Origin: an uncultured Candidatus Saccharibacteria bacterium
GTDB lineage: Bacteria > Patescibacteriota > Saccharimonadia > Saccharimonadales > UBA10212
Direction of reading: 5' to 3'
DNA length: 64,000 nt
NCBI GenBank assembly: GCA_964448095.1
Contig: CAYUUT010000001.1
Span: 29,067-93,066, forward strand
Positions within the stretch are counted from its first letter, which is position 1, and each line of letters starts with the position of its first letter. The position numbers were made by a program, and so were the translations under genes. This document shows positions 33,920 to 43,386 of this stretch, one piece after another. The notes below the pieces were generated by a model, which saw only the letters and a list, made by a program, of their open reading frames with translations, did not search any database and was not told the DNA's origin.

Positions 33920-34036
33920 TTAACCTTGCCTCTGCTTGTGCTTGGGCTTTAATTTATTAATGACGTAAACGCGGCCCTTGCGGCGCACGATTTTATCATC
34001 GGGACTAATTTTCTTAACACTGGCACGTACTTTCAT
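33920..34036 (-). CDS. rpmJ: 50S ribosomal protein bL36 (Cys-less form); absent from the ORF track because it is under 60 aa
   Basis: Hand translation gives [44 protein letters not shown] lies 9 nt upstream, and the gene sits in the conserved infA-rpmJ-rpsM slot. Confidence 0.9.
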   Translation of the reverse strand: MKVRASVKKISPDDKIVRRKGRVYVINKLKPKHKQRQG

Positions 34037-34079
34037 ACGGATCATCCTCCTATTGTTTGATGACACACTGCTCTTAAAA

Positions 34080-34301
34080 CTAATTCTCGCGGTAGGTAAT
34101 CCGACCCTTCGTAAGATCGTAAGGTGTCAATTCTACCTTAACGCGGTCGCCAGCAACAAGGCGGATGTAATGTCTGCGCATCTTGCCGGAAACATGAGCT
34201 ATGATTTGATGACCGTTTTCGAGCTCTACTTTGAACTGGGTACCGGGCAGTGCTTCTACTACTGTTCCGGCCAGTTCAATTACCTCTTTATCCTTGGCCA
34301 T
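34080..34301 (-). CDS. infA: translation initiation factor IF-1
   Basis: [64 protein letters not shown]. Confidence 0.95.
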   Translation of the reverse strand: MAKDKEVIELAGTVVEALPGTQFKVELENGHQIIAHVSGKMRRHYIRLVAGDRVKVELTPYDLTKGRITYREN

Positions 34302-34316
34302 AAATACAACCTAGAT

Positions 34317-34346
34317 ATTGTAGCAAAATTATCATCTGTTTGTAAA
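34317..34346 (-). promoter_or_regulatory. sigma70-type promoter for infA
   Basis: On the minus strand TTTACA-N18-TACAAT. The -35 lies inside a 15-nt block identical to the one at the tuf promoter. Confidence 0.5.
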
Positions 34347-34360
34347 GGGTTGATTTCGTC

Positions 34361-35887
34361 TTATTTCTTACGTCTGGGGAGATTGACGCGCGGAATGAAG
34401 CGCAGGCGTTTGGCGCCCAGCGCTGCCGTGCCACCGGGACCGGGCTCATAGAAGTAATCCGGCTGTTCGTATTGGTCGTAAGTGACCATTAGGGCACGTG
34501 ATTCTATCTGGCGCATGGTTTCCAGTGATACCGACACCAGGATCAGGATGCTGGTACCGCCGATAGCGATGTTTTGAGTGACATAAACCTGGGCCACAAT
34601 CGGCAGAACTGCCAGCAAACCCAGCGCTGAAGCGCCAAACAGCGTCAAGCGGTTAACAATCCGGCTTAGGTACTTCTCGGTCTGCTTGCCGGAACGCACG
34701 CCGGCGATAAAACCCCCCTGTTTTTGCAGGTTCTCGGCAATCTCCTTAGAGTTGAAAGTTACGCTGGTGTAGAAATAGGTGAAGATAAACACCAGCAAGA
34801 AGTAAGTTACCGGATAAATCCAAGCCTTCAGGCCTTCGGTAGCAAAGGTGGTGGCTGACGGTTGCTGGAAAAGCTGCGACATACTGAATCCAACGTGCTC
34901 CCAATGAGTTGTAGGCGTAAAGTTGACGCCTTGGCCATGGGTAAGTATTTGGCCGATAAAGTTGGGCACACTAAGGAAGGCCACGGCGAAGATAATCGGA
35001 ATAACGCCGGCGGTAATCAGTTTGACCGGCAGCGTAGTGGTTACCCCACCGTAAGTGCGGTTACCCTGCACACGTTTAGCATAATTTATCGTCAGCCGCC
35101 TGGCGGCCTCATTGAGCTTGACCACCGCCCACGTTATAAAGACAACCGCCGCGGCCACAATTCCAAATACCATCAACCCATGCCGGCTATAGGTGTGACC
35201 AAAAACAGTCACCTTGGCGACTTTGGAGCCGGCGGTGTAAGCCGTAATCCGCCAGATTTCACTAATTAGAGTGGGCAGGCGGCTGACTATGCCTACGGTG
35301 ATAAGCAGTGAAATACCGTTACCAATCGAGCGCTCGGTGATTTGCTCGCCCAGCCACATCAGAATCATCGAACCGCCGGTGAGAGCGGCAATCATCAAGA
35401 CCCACTGCAGCATTGAGGTGTTGGCCGTAATATCACCAAGGCCGCCGATAGACTGGGCTTCCTCGCGGATAAGATAAATAGTGCCGATAGACTGGACAAT
35501 AGCCAGCGGGAAGGTCAGCATGCGGGTGTATTGGTTGATTCTCTTGCGGCCGTACTCACCTTCTTTGTTTAAGGCTTCCAGTTTGGGGATAGCCTTGGTG
35601 AGCAGCTGCATGATGATGCTGGCGTTGATGTAAGGGCCCAGACCCACCAGCATGATAGAAAAGTTGGCCAGCGCGCCGCCGGATAGGACGTTCAGGAAGC
35701 CCAGCAGCTGGTTGGAATTGGTTTGAGTAAATAGGTTATTAAGGACCTGTTTAAGGGTGTGGGGATCGGCCAATGGCACCGGAACATGGGCCAGAATGCG
35801 GAAAACCAGTAACATGCCCAGCACCGCGCCAATGCGTTTTTGCATCTCGCGGTTCTTCAGTGATTTTAGGATTATGCCCCAATTCAA
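34361..35887 (-). CDS. secY: preprotein translocase subunit SecY with a C-terminal extension (TTG start)
   Basis: A 10-TM profile, with LGMLLVFRILAHVPVP, GALANFSIMLVGLGPYINASIIMQLL and GGFIAGVRSGKQTEKYL. Confidence 0.95.
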   Translation of the reverse strand: MNWGIILKSLKNREMQKRIGAVLGMLLVFRILAHVPVPLADPHTLKQVLNNLFTQTNSNQLLGFLNVLSGGALANFSIMLVGLGPYINASIIMQLLTKAIPKLEALNKEGEYGRKRINQYTRMLTFPLAIVQSIGTIYLIREEAQSIGGLGDITANTSMLQWVLMIAALTGGSMILMWLGEQITERSIGNGISLLITVGIVSRLPTLISEIWRITAYTAGSKVAKVTVFGHTYSRHGLMVFGIVAAAVVFITWAVVKLNEAARRLTINYAKRVQGNRTYGGVTTTLPVKLITAGVIPIIFAVAFLSVPNFIGQILTHGQGVNFTPTTHWEHVGFSMSQLFQQPSATTFATEGLKAWIYPVTYFLLVFIFTYFYTSVTFNSKEIAENLQKQGGFIAGVRSGKQTEKYLSRIVNRLTLFGASALGLLAVLPIVAQVYVTQNIAIGGTSILILVSVSLETMRQIESRALMVTYDQYEQPDYFYEPGPGGTAALGAKRLRFIPRVNLPRRKK

Positions 35888-35966
35888 ACTTTTAACACCT
35901 CTTTTTGATTGCTATCCCAGTATAAAACAGGCTTGGTTCGATTACCACGCCAGCCGCAGCAAAAAA

Positions 35967-36440
35967 CTATTTTTCGGTGGGTTTTTGCTTGGGTTGGCGA
36001 GCTAAACGAGCGGTAACTGTAACACTGCCGCCCGCCTTTTGTACGGCCTCGGTAGCAGCGGCGCTGGCAGCTTGTAGCTTAACATCTTTTTTGCCGGTGA
36101 CTTCACCTTTAAGTATTAGTTTGACGTTGGCATGCGGGCTGCTGATTAGTCCGGCTTCAAACAGGCTGGCGGTATCAACAGTAGCTTTTTTGACGGAATC
36201 CAATTGGCCGGTATAAACGGTTTCTGCCGGCGTGCGGTGGCTATTGAAACCGCGGTGTTTGGGCAAGCGCATATAAAGCGGGATTTGGCCGCCTTCAAAG
36301 CCGGGGCGCACACCGCCGGATTTACGGGCTCCCTGGCCTTTGGTGCCACGGCCGGCAGTCATACCGCGGCCAGCGGCAATGCCACGGCCGGAACGCTTGC
36401 GGTCTTTGTTGCGGGTTAGGCTGAGCTCGTTATATTTCAT
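35967..36440 (-). CDS. rplO: 50S ribosomal protein uL15
   Basis: RSGRGIAAGRGMTAGRGTKGQGARKSG..PGFEGGQIPLYMRLPK. Confidence 0.95.
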   Translation of the reverse strand: MKYNELSLTRNKDRKRSGRGIAAGRGMTAGRGTKGQGARKSGGVRPGFEGGQIPLYMRLPKHRGFNSHRTPAETVYTGQLDSVKKATVDTASLFEAGLISSPHANVKLILKGEVTGKKDVKLQAASAAATEAVQKAGGSVTVTARLARQPKQKPTEK

Positions 36441-37006
36441 TATTTGGCCTCTGCTTTAGCGACAGCTTTTGGTTTAGCGTCGACCTTGGCCTTATTAGTA
36501 TTAGTGACCCATTTGGCGGCTGGCTGCATGGTTTGCAAGGCTTGCAAGGTAGCATACGCCGTGTTGATGCGGTTGGAAGAACCAACTGACTTGGACATAG
36601 CGTTTTCGATCCCGGCGACTTCCAGCACGGTGCGGACGACGCCGCCGGCAATCAAGCCGGTACCCGGCGCGGCTGGCAAGATTAGGATTTTAGAACCACC
36701 GACGCGGCCTTCTACATCATGAGTCAGAGTATCGCGGTACAGATTAAGTTTTACCATATTCTTTTTGGCGACATCAGTCGCTTTATTGACGGCGGCTGAA
36801 ACGTCAGCGCCCTTGGCCACGCCAACGCCGACGCGGCCTTTGTGGTCACCGGCGACAACTAAAGCCTGGAAGCGAAAACGGCGGCCACCTTTAACTACGC
36901 GGGCTACACGGTTAACGTAAACTACACGCTCGTCAAACTGTTTTTCTTCGATTTCACCCATATTATTGCGGCGCGGGCGGTCTTGATAAGGTTTATTGTC
37001 GGGCAT
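36440..37006 (-). CDS. rpsE: 30S ribosomal protein uS5
   Basis: VNRVARVVKGGRRFRFQALVVAGDHKGRVGVGVAKGADV. The gene is followed directly by rplO with no rpmD. Confidence 0.95.
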   Translation of the reverse strand: MPDNKPYQDRPRRNNMGEIEEKQFDERVVYVNRVARVVKGGRRFRFQALVVAGDHKGRVGVGVAKGADVSAAVNKATDVAKKNMVKLNLYRDTLTHDVEGRVGGSKILILPAAPGTGLIAGGVVRTVLEVAGIENAMSKSVGSSNRINTAYATLQALQTMQPAAKWVTNTNKAKVDAKPKAVAKAEAK

Positions 37007-37008
37007 AA

Positions 37009-37368
37009 TTAAAACTCCAACCCGCCTTTGCGAGCGGCATCTGCGAGAGCCTTGATGCGGCCATGATACTTGCGGCTGCCACGGTCAAAAGACACTTTCT
37101 TTACTTTAGCTTTCTGGGCTTTTTTGGCTATTTCAGTACCAACCCACTCGGCCTTGGTGCTAAGGTCACCTTCAATCTTCTGGCCAACGCTGGTAGCGTA
37201 AACCACCGTGGCGCTCTTGCTGTCGTCAATAATCTGGGCTGTGACGTGCAAATGGCTAACGTTCACGCTCAGGCGCGGCCGGTTGCTATTGCCCAGCACG
37301 GTACGCACCCGGTTGGCCCGGCGTCCGGCGGAGGCTTGCTTGTGTTTTAATCTGTCCATAATTATCAT
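37009..37368 (-). CDS. rplR: 50S ribosomal protein uL18
   Basis: RPRLSVNVSHLHVTAQIIDD ... FDRGSRKYHGRIKALADAARKGGLEF. Confidence 0.95.
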   Translation of the reverse strand: MIIMDRLKHKQASAGRRANRVRTVLGNSNRPRLSVNVSHLHVTAQIIDDSKSATVVYATSVGQKIEGDLSTKAEWVGTEIAKKAQKAKVKKVSFDRGSRKYHGRIKALADAARKGGLEF

Positions 37369-37370
37369 TC

Positions 37371-37907
37371 CTATTCTTTACCGCTCTTACCGGACTTACG
37401 GATAATGCGTTCATCGGCGTACTTAATGCCTTTGCCCTTATAGGGCTCCGGCTTCTTGAGCGCCCGGATTTCGGCGGCCACCTGCCCAACTTGCTGCTTG
37501 GAAGTACCGCTAACAGTTATATTATTCTGCTCCACCGCAACCTGTACGCCAGCCGGTATTTTATACACTACTTCGTGCGAAAAACCAAGGTTAAGCTTGA
37601 GGTCCTGGCCCTGGACTTGTATCCGGTAACCCACGCCGTTAAGTTCCAGTTTGCGTTCAAAGCCACCACTCACGCCGGTAACCATGTTGGCTACCAATGC
37701 CCGCATTAAACCGTGGCGGGAGCGCGAAATGGCTTCATCGTTCTTGCGGTTAACCAATACTTGATTGTCTTTAACAACCACGTCTACCTCTGGCAGAGTG
37801 AACTGCTGCAGATTACCTTTGGGGCCGTTGACCGTGATAAAGTCCTTATCAACCGTAACGGTTACGCCGCCGGGCAAATCTATGGGTTGTTTTCCTATAC
37901 GACTCAT
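37371..37907 (-). CDS. rplF: 50S ribosomal protein uL6
   Basis: MSRIGKQPIDLPGGVTVTVD ... EPYKGKGIKY. Confidence 0.95.
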   Translation of the reverse strand: MSRIGKQPIDLPGGVTVTVDKDFITVNGPKGNLQQFTLPEVDVVVKDNQVLVNRKNDEAISRSRHGLMRALVANMVTGVSGGFERKLELNGVGYRIQVQGQDLKLNLGFSHEVVYKIPAGVQVAVEQNNITVSGTSKQQVGQVAAEIRALKKPEPYKGKGIKYADERIIRKSGKSGKE

Positions 37908-37917
37908 CTTGTTATTC

Positions 37918-38319
37918 CTAATACACCTGACAGATTAATTCTCCGCCCAAACGCTGGGCCTTGGCTTGCTGGCCGGTCATAACACCTTTGGAGGTGGAGA
38001 TTACTATGATGCCACGGCCACGTTTGACAGTGGGGATCTCATCAGCCTTAGCGTAAACCCGGCGGCCAGGTTTGCTCAGCCGGTCAATTTCGGTAATCAC
38101 CGCGTTTGTACCTTCGGCATGGATGGTAATTACCAGGTTACGATTAACGCCTTCGCCTTCGCTGCTAACCTTGGCTAAAAAGCCGCTGTCTACCAATACC
38201 TGGGCAACAGTGGCTTTAACTTTAGAGTAAGGCATACTTACCTCGTTCTTGTTGGCGCCAATGGCGTTCCTGATACGGGTTAGCATGTCGGCTATGGGGT
38301 CTGTGGCAATCATTGTCAT
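37918..38319 (-). CDS. rpsH: 30S ribosomal protein uS8
   Basis: DPIADMLTRIRNA ... GGELICQVY. Confidence 0.95.
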   Translation of the reverse strand: MTMIATDPIADMLTRIRNAIGANKNEVSMPYSKVKATVAQVLVDSGFLAKVSSEGEGVNRNLVITIHAEGTNAVITEIDRLSKPGRRVYAKADEIPTVKRGRGIIVISTSKGVMTGQQAKAQRLGGELICQVY

Positions 38320-38330
38320 ATTTTAATCTC

Positions 38331-38600
38331 CTACCAACTAGCCTTAGTTACACCTGGTATTTCGCCCTTGCTGGCGTGTTCGCGGAAGGCAATGCGGCTC
38401 AGGCCGAATTGACGCATGTAGGCGCGGCCACGGCCGGTTTCGGCGCAGCGGTTCTTGCGGCGGGTGGGGCTGGAATTGCGCGGCAGTAAAGCCAACCCTT
38501 CCAGGTCACCGGCGGCTTTAAGTTCAGCACGCTTGGCGGCGTATTTCTCAATCATTTTTACTCTTTTGGCGTCGCGGGCCAAAACTGATTTCTTAGCCAT
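38331..38600 (-). CDS. rpsN: 30S ribosomal protein uS14 (long, non-zinc form)
   Basis: [13 protein letters not shown] ... [24 protein letters not shown]...KASW. Size is 89 aa and there is no CxxC pair. Confidence 0.95.
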   Translation of the reverse strand: MAKKSVLARDAKRVKMIEKYAAKRAELKAAGDLEGLALLPRNSSPTRRKNRCAETGRGRAYMRQFGLSRIAFREHASKGEIPGVTKASW

Positions 38601-38603
38601 AGT

Positions 38604-39200
38604 TTAGGCCTCCTCATTCTTGGGGTTATTAGCTTTCTCGAACGGCATACCGAATTTCTCTAGCAGAGCTTTGGATTGCTCGGCATTCTTGGCTTTAATC
38701 ACAAAAACTACTTGCAGGCCGTGGGTGGGGCTGGTTTCTTCGAAAGTCAGTTCCGGAAAGACCGATTGGTCAGTAAAGCCGATATTGTAGTTGCCCTGCT
38801 TATCGAACGAACGCAGGCTAACACCATGGAAGTCGCGCAGACGCGGCATGACGATGTTAATCAGTCGGTCGGCGAATTCGTACATCCGTTGGTCGCGCAA
38901 AGTGACTTTGAGGCCGATTTTGCTACCTTCGCGCAGTTTGAAACTGGCGATAGACATCCGGGCGGTGGTGCTAATAGGTTTTTGGCCGGTAATCTTGGTT
39001 AGGGTGTTAGCGGCCACTTCTAACAGGCGTTTATCGTCTTGGGCGCGGCCCAGGCCAACGCTAACTACAACCTTCTCCAGGCGCGGTACTTCGTGGTCAT
39101 TGTGCAGGCTTAGCTCTTTCTTTAGCTCGGCCAAATATTTATCGTTGTAGAGCTGTTTGAGCCGGGCTTGGTAGACCGTTTTTTTAACTGCGGTTGCCAT
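38604..39200 (-). CDS. rplE: 50S ribosomal protein uL5
   Basis: RLKQLYNDKY ... GLGRAQDDKR ... MYEFADRLINIVMPRLRDFHG. Confidence 0.95.
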   Translation of the reverse strand: MATAVKKTVYQARLKQLYNDKYLAELKKELSLHNDHEVPRLEKVVVSVGLGRAQDDKRLLEVAANTLTKITGQKPISTTARMSIASFKLREGSKIGLKVTLRDQRMYEFADRLINIVMPRLRDFHGVSLRSFDKQGNYNIGFTDQSVFPELTFEETSPTHGLQVVFVIKAKNAEQSKALLEKFGMPFEKANNPKNEEA

Positions 39201-39529
39201 TATTTAATCTCCTTGCCCGAGGTCTTAACCACCCGGCTTTTGGCGCCGTCTTTGGTGAGTTTATAGCCCACACGGGACGGTTTTTTGGCGGTATTGTCCA
39301 GCAGACCAACTTTGGAAACCCAAATAGGCTTGGTCATTTCGATGATGCCGCCTTGCGGGCGCTGCTGGGTTGGCTTGCGGTGGCGTTTAACTATATTGAT
39401 GCCTTCAACGGTGACTTTATTGAGGTCTTTGTGGACAGCCAGGACTTTGCCGGTCTTACCCTTGTACTTACCGGCGCGGACCATTACCATATCGTCCTTT
39501 TTTAAGCGGATTTTATAGCTGGGTTTCAT
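39200..39529 (-). CDS. rplX: 50S ribosomal protein uL24
   Basis: The KOW motif LKKDDMVMVRAGKYKGKTGKVLAVH. Confidence 0.95.
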   Translation of the reverse strand: MKPSYKIRLKKDDMVMVRAGKYKGKTGKVLAVHKDLNKVTVEGINIVKRHRKPTQQRPQGGIIEMTKPIWVSKVGLLDNTAKKPSRVGYKLTKDGAKSRVVKTSGKEIK

Positions 39530-39530
39530 C

Positions 39531-39902
39531 TTATAGTACCTCCGGAGCTAGGCTGATAATGCGGGTGTAACCCTGCTCGCGCAGTTCGCGCGGGACCGGG
39601 CCAAAAATACGGGTACCGCGGGGTGTTTTTAGGTCATCACCTAAAATCACGGCGGCGTTGTCATCAAAGCGGATAGTTGAACCGTCCGAGCGGCGAATAG
39701 GGGTTCGGGTGCGGACCACTACGGCTTTGACTACGCTCTTGCGGGCCACTTGGCCGGCAGGGTTGGCCGTTTTGACGCTAACCACGATGATATCACCCAC
39801 GCGGGCATAACGCCGGCGGCTGCCACCGAGCACGCGGATACACAGCAGCGAGCGGGCGCCGCTGTTGTCGGCTGCGATAAGTTTTGATTCCTGCTGAATC
39901 AT
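39531..39902 (-). CDS. rplN: 50S ribosomal protein uL14
   Basis: [27 protein letters not shown]. Confidence 0.95.
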   Translation of the reverse strand: MIQQESKLIAADNSGARSLLCIRVLGGSRRRYARVGDIIVVSVKTANPAGQVARKSVVKAVVVRTRTPIRRSDGSTIRFDDNAAVILGDDLKTPRGTRIFGPVPRELREQGYTRIISLAPEVL

Positions 39903-40280
39903 CTAGGCTTTCTCCTCGGTTTTCTTGGCTTTAGGCTTGGCTGGTTCGGCCTTGGGTTCGGCCTTGGGCTTGGGCTCGGGCTTAGCCGGTTTTTCCTCTA
40001 CTGGTACGTCAGAAATGGCATCGGCCTCTTCAAAATGGACACCGCCGCGTTCAACAATCTGGCTCAGGCGGAAGCGTTTGCGGGCACTAATCGGCCGGGT
40101 TTCGATAATAACTACCCGGTCGCCAACTTTGGCTTCGTTCTTCTCGTCGTGAGCCATAAATCGGCTGTTGACAGTGTATTGCTTCTTATAGATTGGGTGG
40201 GTTTTGCGGGTAGCCACGGTAATGACGATGGTTTTATCGCCTTTATCGCTGGATACAACGCCAGTCAGTGTGCGGGCCAT
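39903..40280 (-). CDS. rpsQ: 30S ribosomal protein uS17 with a Pro/Lys/Ala/Glu-rich C-terminal tail
   Basis: LTGVVSSDKGDKTIVITVATRKTHPIYKKQY. The tail is EEKPAKPEPKPKAEPKAEPAKPKAKKTEEKA. Confidence 0.95.
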   Translation of the reverse strand: MARTLTGVVSSDKGDKTIVITVATRKTHPIYKKQYTVNSRFMAHDEKNEAKVGDRVVIIETRPISARKRFRLSQIVERGGVHFEEADAISDVPVEEKPAKPEPKPKAEPKAEPAKPKAKKTEEKA

Positions 40281-40282
40281 GG

Positions 40283-40483
40283 TTACATCTCCTCCTTAGA
40301 TAATTGCTCGCCCAAAACCGTCAAAACGCGGGCCAAATCCTTGCGCTTGGCGCGCAGGGCTCGAACGTTGGTGGCCTCGCCGGTGTAAAGTCGGCGGCGC
40401 AGCTCGGCGATTTCATCGCGCAAGCTGGTGCTTTGTTGGGTTAGCTCGGTCGTAGTGAGCTTACGGATTTCGGCGATTTTCAT
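40283..40483 (-). CDS. rpmC: 50S ribosomal protein uL29
   Basis: The slot between rplP and rpsQ, with EIRKLTTTELTQQSTSLRDEIAELR. Confidence 0.9.
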   Translation of the reverse strand: MKIAEIRKLTTTELTQQSTSLRDEIAELRRRLYTGEATNVRALRAKRKDLARVLTVLGEQLSKEEM

Positions 40484-40484
40484 C

Positions 40485-40901
40485 CTACAGCTCCTCCTTG
40501 ATAACGAAATTGGTCTTAACTGGCAGTTTGTGGCCGGCCAGGCGCATGGCTTCGCGGGCGATTTCTTCGGTTACGCCGTCCATCTCAAACATCACGGTGC
40601 CGGGCTTGACTTTAGCCACGAAAAATTCGGGATTGCCCTTACCGCTGCCCATCTTAACGTCCTGGGGCTTGCGGGTTACGGGAGTGTGCGGGAAGATTCG
40701 AATCCAGATGCTACCGCCGCGCTTGATGTAGCGGGTCATAGCCTGGCGGGCGGCCTCTATCTGACGGCTGGTGATGCGCTCACTCTCCAAGCTGATAAGG
40801 CCAAAGTGACCGTAGACTAGCTCGTCCAAAGCGGTAGCTGTACCGCCATGAATGCGGCCCTTCCTTACCTTGCGGTATTTAGTGCGTGAGGGCATTAACA
40901 T
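40485..40901 (-). CDS. rplP: 50S ribosomal protein uL16
   Basis: [19 protein letters not shown] ... [18 protein letters not shown]. Confidence 0.95.
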   Translation of the reverse strand: MLMPSRTKYRKVRKGRIHGGTATALDELVYGHFGLISLESERITSRQIEAARQAMTRYIKRGGSIWIRIFPHTPVTRKPQDVKMGSGKGNPEFFVAKVKPGTVMFEMDGVTEEIAREAMRLAGHKLPVKTNFVIKEEL

Positions 40902-41533
40902 TAGTTGGCCTCTCCGCGGTAAATCCAGACCTTAATGCCAATAATACCAGCGCCGGGGTACTGCGCCCGGGCAGCGGCGTAATCAATATCAGCTCGCAAA
41001 GTATGCAATGGCACGCTGCCTTGGCTTTCTTTTTCGCGGCGGCTCATTTCCATACCGCCCAAACGGCCGGACAGCTCAATACGTACGCCTTTAGCGCCAG
41101 CCCGCATGGTTGCGCCGGCAGATGACTTCATAGCCCGGCGGAAAGCTATGCGGCGTTCCAGCTGGTGGGCGATGTTCTCGGCGACCAGTTTAGCCTGTAG
41201 CTCTGGACGTTTGATTTCTTCGATATTAACTCTTACCGGCACGCCATAGAGCTTTTCGATAGCTTCTTTTAGCTCGGCGGCGCCGATACCACCACGGCCA
41301 ATTACTACACCGGCTTTGGCGGTCTGGATAGTTACGGTTACCAGGTTGGGTGAGCGCTCGATATCAACTTTATTGACGGCGGCGCGACTGCCTAGCTTCT
41401 TACTGATTAGGCTGCGGGCGGCCAGATCTTGTTTTAGAAAAGCAGCGTAGTCTTTCTTGCCGGCGAACCAGCGGCTGCGCCAATCTTTATTGACCTGTAA
41501 GCGCATGCTAATTGGATTAACTTTTTGACCCAT
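40901..41533 (-). CDS. rpsC: 30S ribosomal protein uS3
   Basis: [24 protein letters not shown], with a KH domain VVIGRGG. Confidence 0.95.
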   Translation of the reverse strand: MGQKVNPISMRLQVNKDWRSRWFAGKKDYAAFLKQDLAARSLISKKLGSRAAVNKVDIERSPNLVTVTIQTAKAGVVIGRGGIGAAELKEAIEKLYGVPVRVNIEEIKRPELQAKLVAENIAHQLERRIAFRRAMKSSAGATMRAGAKGVRIELSGRLGGMEMSRREKESQGSVPLHTLRADIDYAAARAQYPGAGIIGIKVWIYRGEAN

Positions 41534-41916
41534 TACTTGGCCTCCCCATCTGTAGTTTTAGCGGCTGGTTTCTTGATGGTGCGCTTCTGCCCATCGACTG
41601 TAACTTTTATGTGGCTGGTCTTGCGCTCAAAGCGCAGAGCGCGGCCACGGGCAGCCGGGCGATAGCGGCGGTGACGCGGACCAGCGGTTACGGTAATCTC
41701 ACTGATAAACAGCGTGCCCGGCTTGAAACTATGGTTGTGTTCGGCATTTGCGGCGGCGCTTTTAACAGCTTGTTTGACATCGTTAGCCGAGCGGCGCGGC
41801 GTGTGCTCTAAAATCACCAGAGCGTCTTCCACTGTGCGGCCGCGCACTAAAGCCGCCACCACGCTGACCTTGCGGGGGCTGATACGGACTTTGTTGCTAT
41901 TGGCGGTTACTGGCAT
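41533..41916 (-). CDS. rplV: 50S ribosomal protein uL22
   Basis: The slot between rpsS and rpsC, with RISPRKVSVVAALVRGRTVEDAL. Confidence 0.95.
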   Translation of the reverse strand: MPVTANSNKVRISPRKVSVVAALVRGRTVEDALVILEHTPRRSANDVKQAVKSAAANAEHNHSFKPGTLFISEITVTAGPRHRRYRPAARGRALRFERKTSHIKVTVDGQKRTIKKPAAKTTDGEAK

Positions 41917-41918
41917 GT

Positions 41919-42203
41919 CTATTCCTTAGTCTCCTGGGATTTGGCCAGTTTGCCGCCGTGTCCGCGGAATTTACGGGTGGGCGAAAATTCACCCAGCTTG
42001 TGCCCGACCATATTCTCGGTAATAAACACCGGCACGTGGACCTTGCCGTTGTGTACGGCAATGGTGCGGCCAACAAAATCAGGCGAAATAGTCGAAGCCC
42101 GCGCCCAGGTCTTAATCACAGTGCGGTCGTCGTTGCCCAGAGCGGCTACTTTTTTAGCCAACTTGGGATCGATATACGGTCCTTTTTTAAGCGAGCGACT
42201 CAT
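41919..42203 (-). CDS. rpsS: 30S ribosomal protein uS19
   Basis: [15 protein letters not shown] ... [27 protein letters not shown]. Confidence 0.95.
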   Translation of the reverse strand: MSRSLKKGPYIDPKLAKKVAALGNDDRTVIKTWARASTISPDFVGRTIAVHNGKVHVPVFITENMVGHKLGEFSPTRKFRGHGGKLAKSQETKE

Positions 42204-43039
42204 TATTTTCTCCTCTTAGCTTGATGACGGGTTCTGACGATAAACTTACTGGTGGTCTTGCGCTTGCGGGTCTTTAGGCCGATAGCCACTTGGCCCCAAG
42301 GCGTGCGCGGAATGCGGCCCGGGCCGGTTTTGCCTTCACCGCCGCCCATTGGGTGATCGGCCGGGTTCATGGCCTTACCGTGAACAGTTGGGCGAATCCC
42401 GCGGTGGCGGGTGCGGCCGGCTTTGCCCCACTGAATGTTCTGGTGTTGCTCGTTGCCGATAGCGCCAATAGAAGCCATGCAATCAACGTGCACCAGGCGG
42501 ACTTCGCCGCTTGGCAGGCGTAGTTGCGCCCAGTCGCCTTCTTTGGCTACCAGCTGGACGCCGGTGCCGGCACTGCGGGCCAATTGAGCCCCCTTGCCGG
42601 GCTGCAGCTCAACAGCATGCAAGACGGTGCCATTAGGGATATTCTTTAACTGTAAACGATTGCCAACGGTGATGGCGCCTTCCTCGGCGGCTACAATCTT
42701 GCGGCCGGGCTTCATTCCCTTGGCTGCCAAAATATAGTGGTAATTACCTTGCTCGTCAACAATACGGGCGATACGGGCGCTGCGGTTCGGGTCATATTCG
42801 ATATGCTCAACCTTGGCGGAAGTGCCAGCCGGCAAGCTAAAATTAACCATGCGGTAATACTTGCGGGCGCCGGCGCTACGGTGGCGGGTAGTTATGCGAC
42901 CTTGGTTGTTGCGGCCTACCGAACCCTTTTTAATGACCGTCAGGCTCTTAAGCGGCTTTTTGGTGGTAATGCCATCAAAGTCCTGCGTGGTCATACCGCG
43001 CTGGGCGTTGGTATTAGGCTTATAAGCCTTGATAGCCAT
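42203..43039 (-). CDS. rplB: 50S ribosomal protein uL2
   Basis: [14 protein letters not shown] ... [15 protein letters not shown]. Confidence 0.95.
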   Translation of the reverse strand: MAIKAYKPNTNAQRGMTTQDFDGITTKKPLKSLTVIKKGSVGRNNQGRITTRHRSAGARKYYRMVNFSLPAGTSAKVEHIEYDPNRSARIARIVDEQGNYHYILAAKGMKPGRKIVAAEEGAITVGNRLQLKNIPNGTVLHAVELQPGKGAQLARSAGTGVQLVAKEGDWAQLRLPSGEVRLVHVDCMASIGAIGNEQHQNIQWGKAGRTRHRGIRPTVHGKAMNPADHPMGGGEGKTGPGRIPRTPWGQVAIGLKTRKRKTTSKFIVRTRHQAKRRK

Positions 43040-43386
43040 TACTTCTTCTCCTTTTTCTTCTCGGGTTTGGCGTCGGCGCCGTCTTCAACCGAGGCGAAAA
43101 CCGGAAGTTTATCGCCTTCTCTGAGGGTCACAAAAGCCTTGCGGATATCCGAACGTTGGCCGCGGTGGGTCACCCGGCCGCCGCGCTTGTAAGTGCGCTG
43201 TGATTTACCCGGGCTGGCAGAAATACGGACGGCTGTGACGCCGACTTCGTACTGCTCGGCGACAGCGTTGGCGATCAGTTGCTTGCTGACACCTTTGGGA
43301 ACGACAAACACATAGGTATTGCGCTCTTCGCTAAGGGCATAGGTCTTTTCGCTAACGCGGGGCTTGAGAGCCAATGACTTACTCAT
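43039..43386 (-). CDS. rplW: 50S ribosomal protein uL23 with a short charged C-terminal tail
   Basis: LKPRVSEKTYALSEERNTYVFVVPKGVSKQLIANAVAEQYEV. The start is moved to the ATG at 43386, overlapping the rplD end. The tracked N-terminus would lie inside rplD. Confidence 0.9.
   Translation of the reverse strand: MSKSLALKPRVSEKTYALSEERNTYVFVVPKGVSKQLIANAVAEQYEVGVTAVRISASPGKSQRTYKRGGRVTHRGQRSDIRKAFVTLREGDKLPVFASVEDGADAKPEKKKEKK

Noticed and set aside
33978-34451. 157-aa plus-strand ORF across the rpmJ-infA-secY ends
   Set aside because: It runs antisense through three conserved genes and their intergenic promoter, and shows no coding signature.
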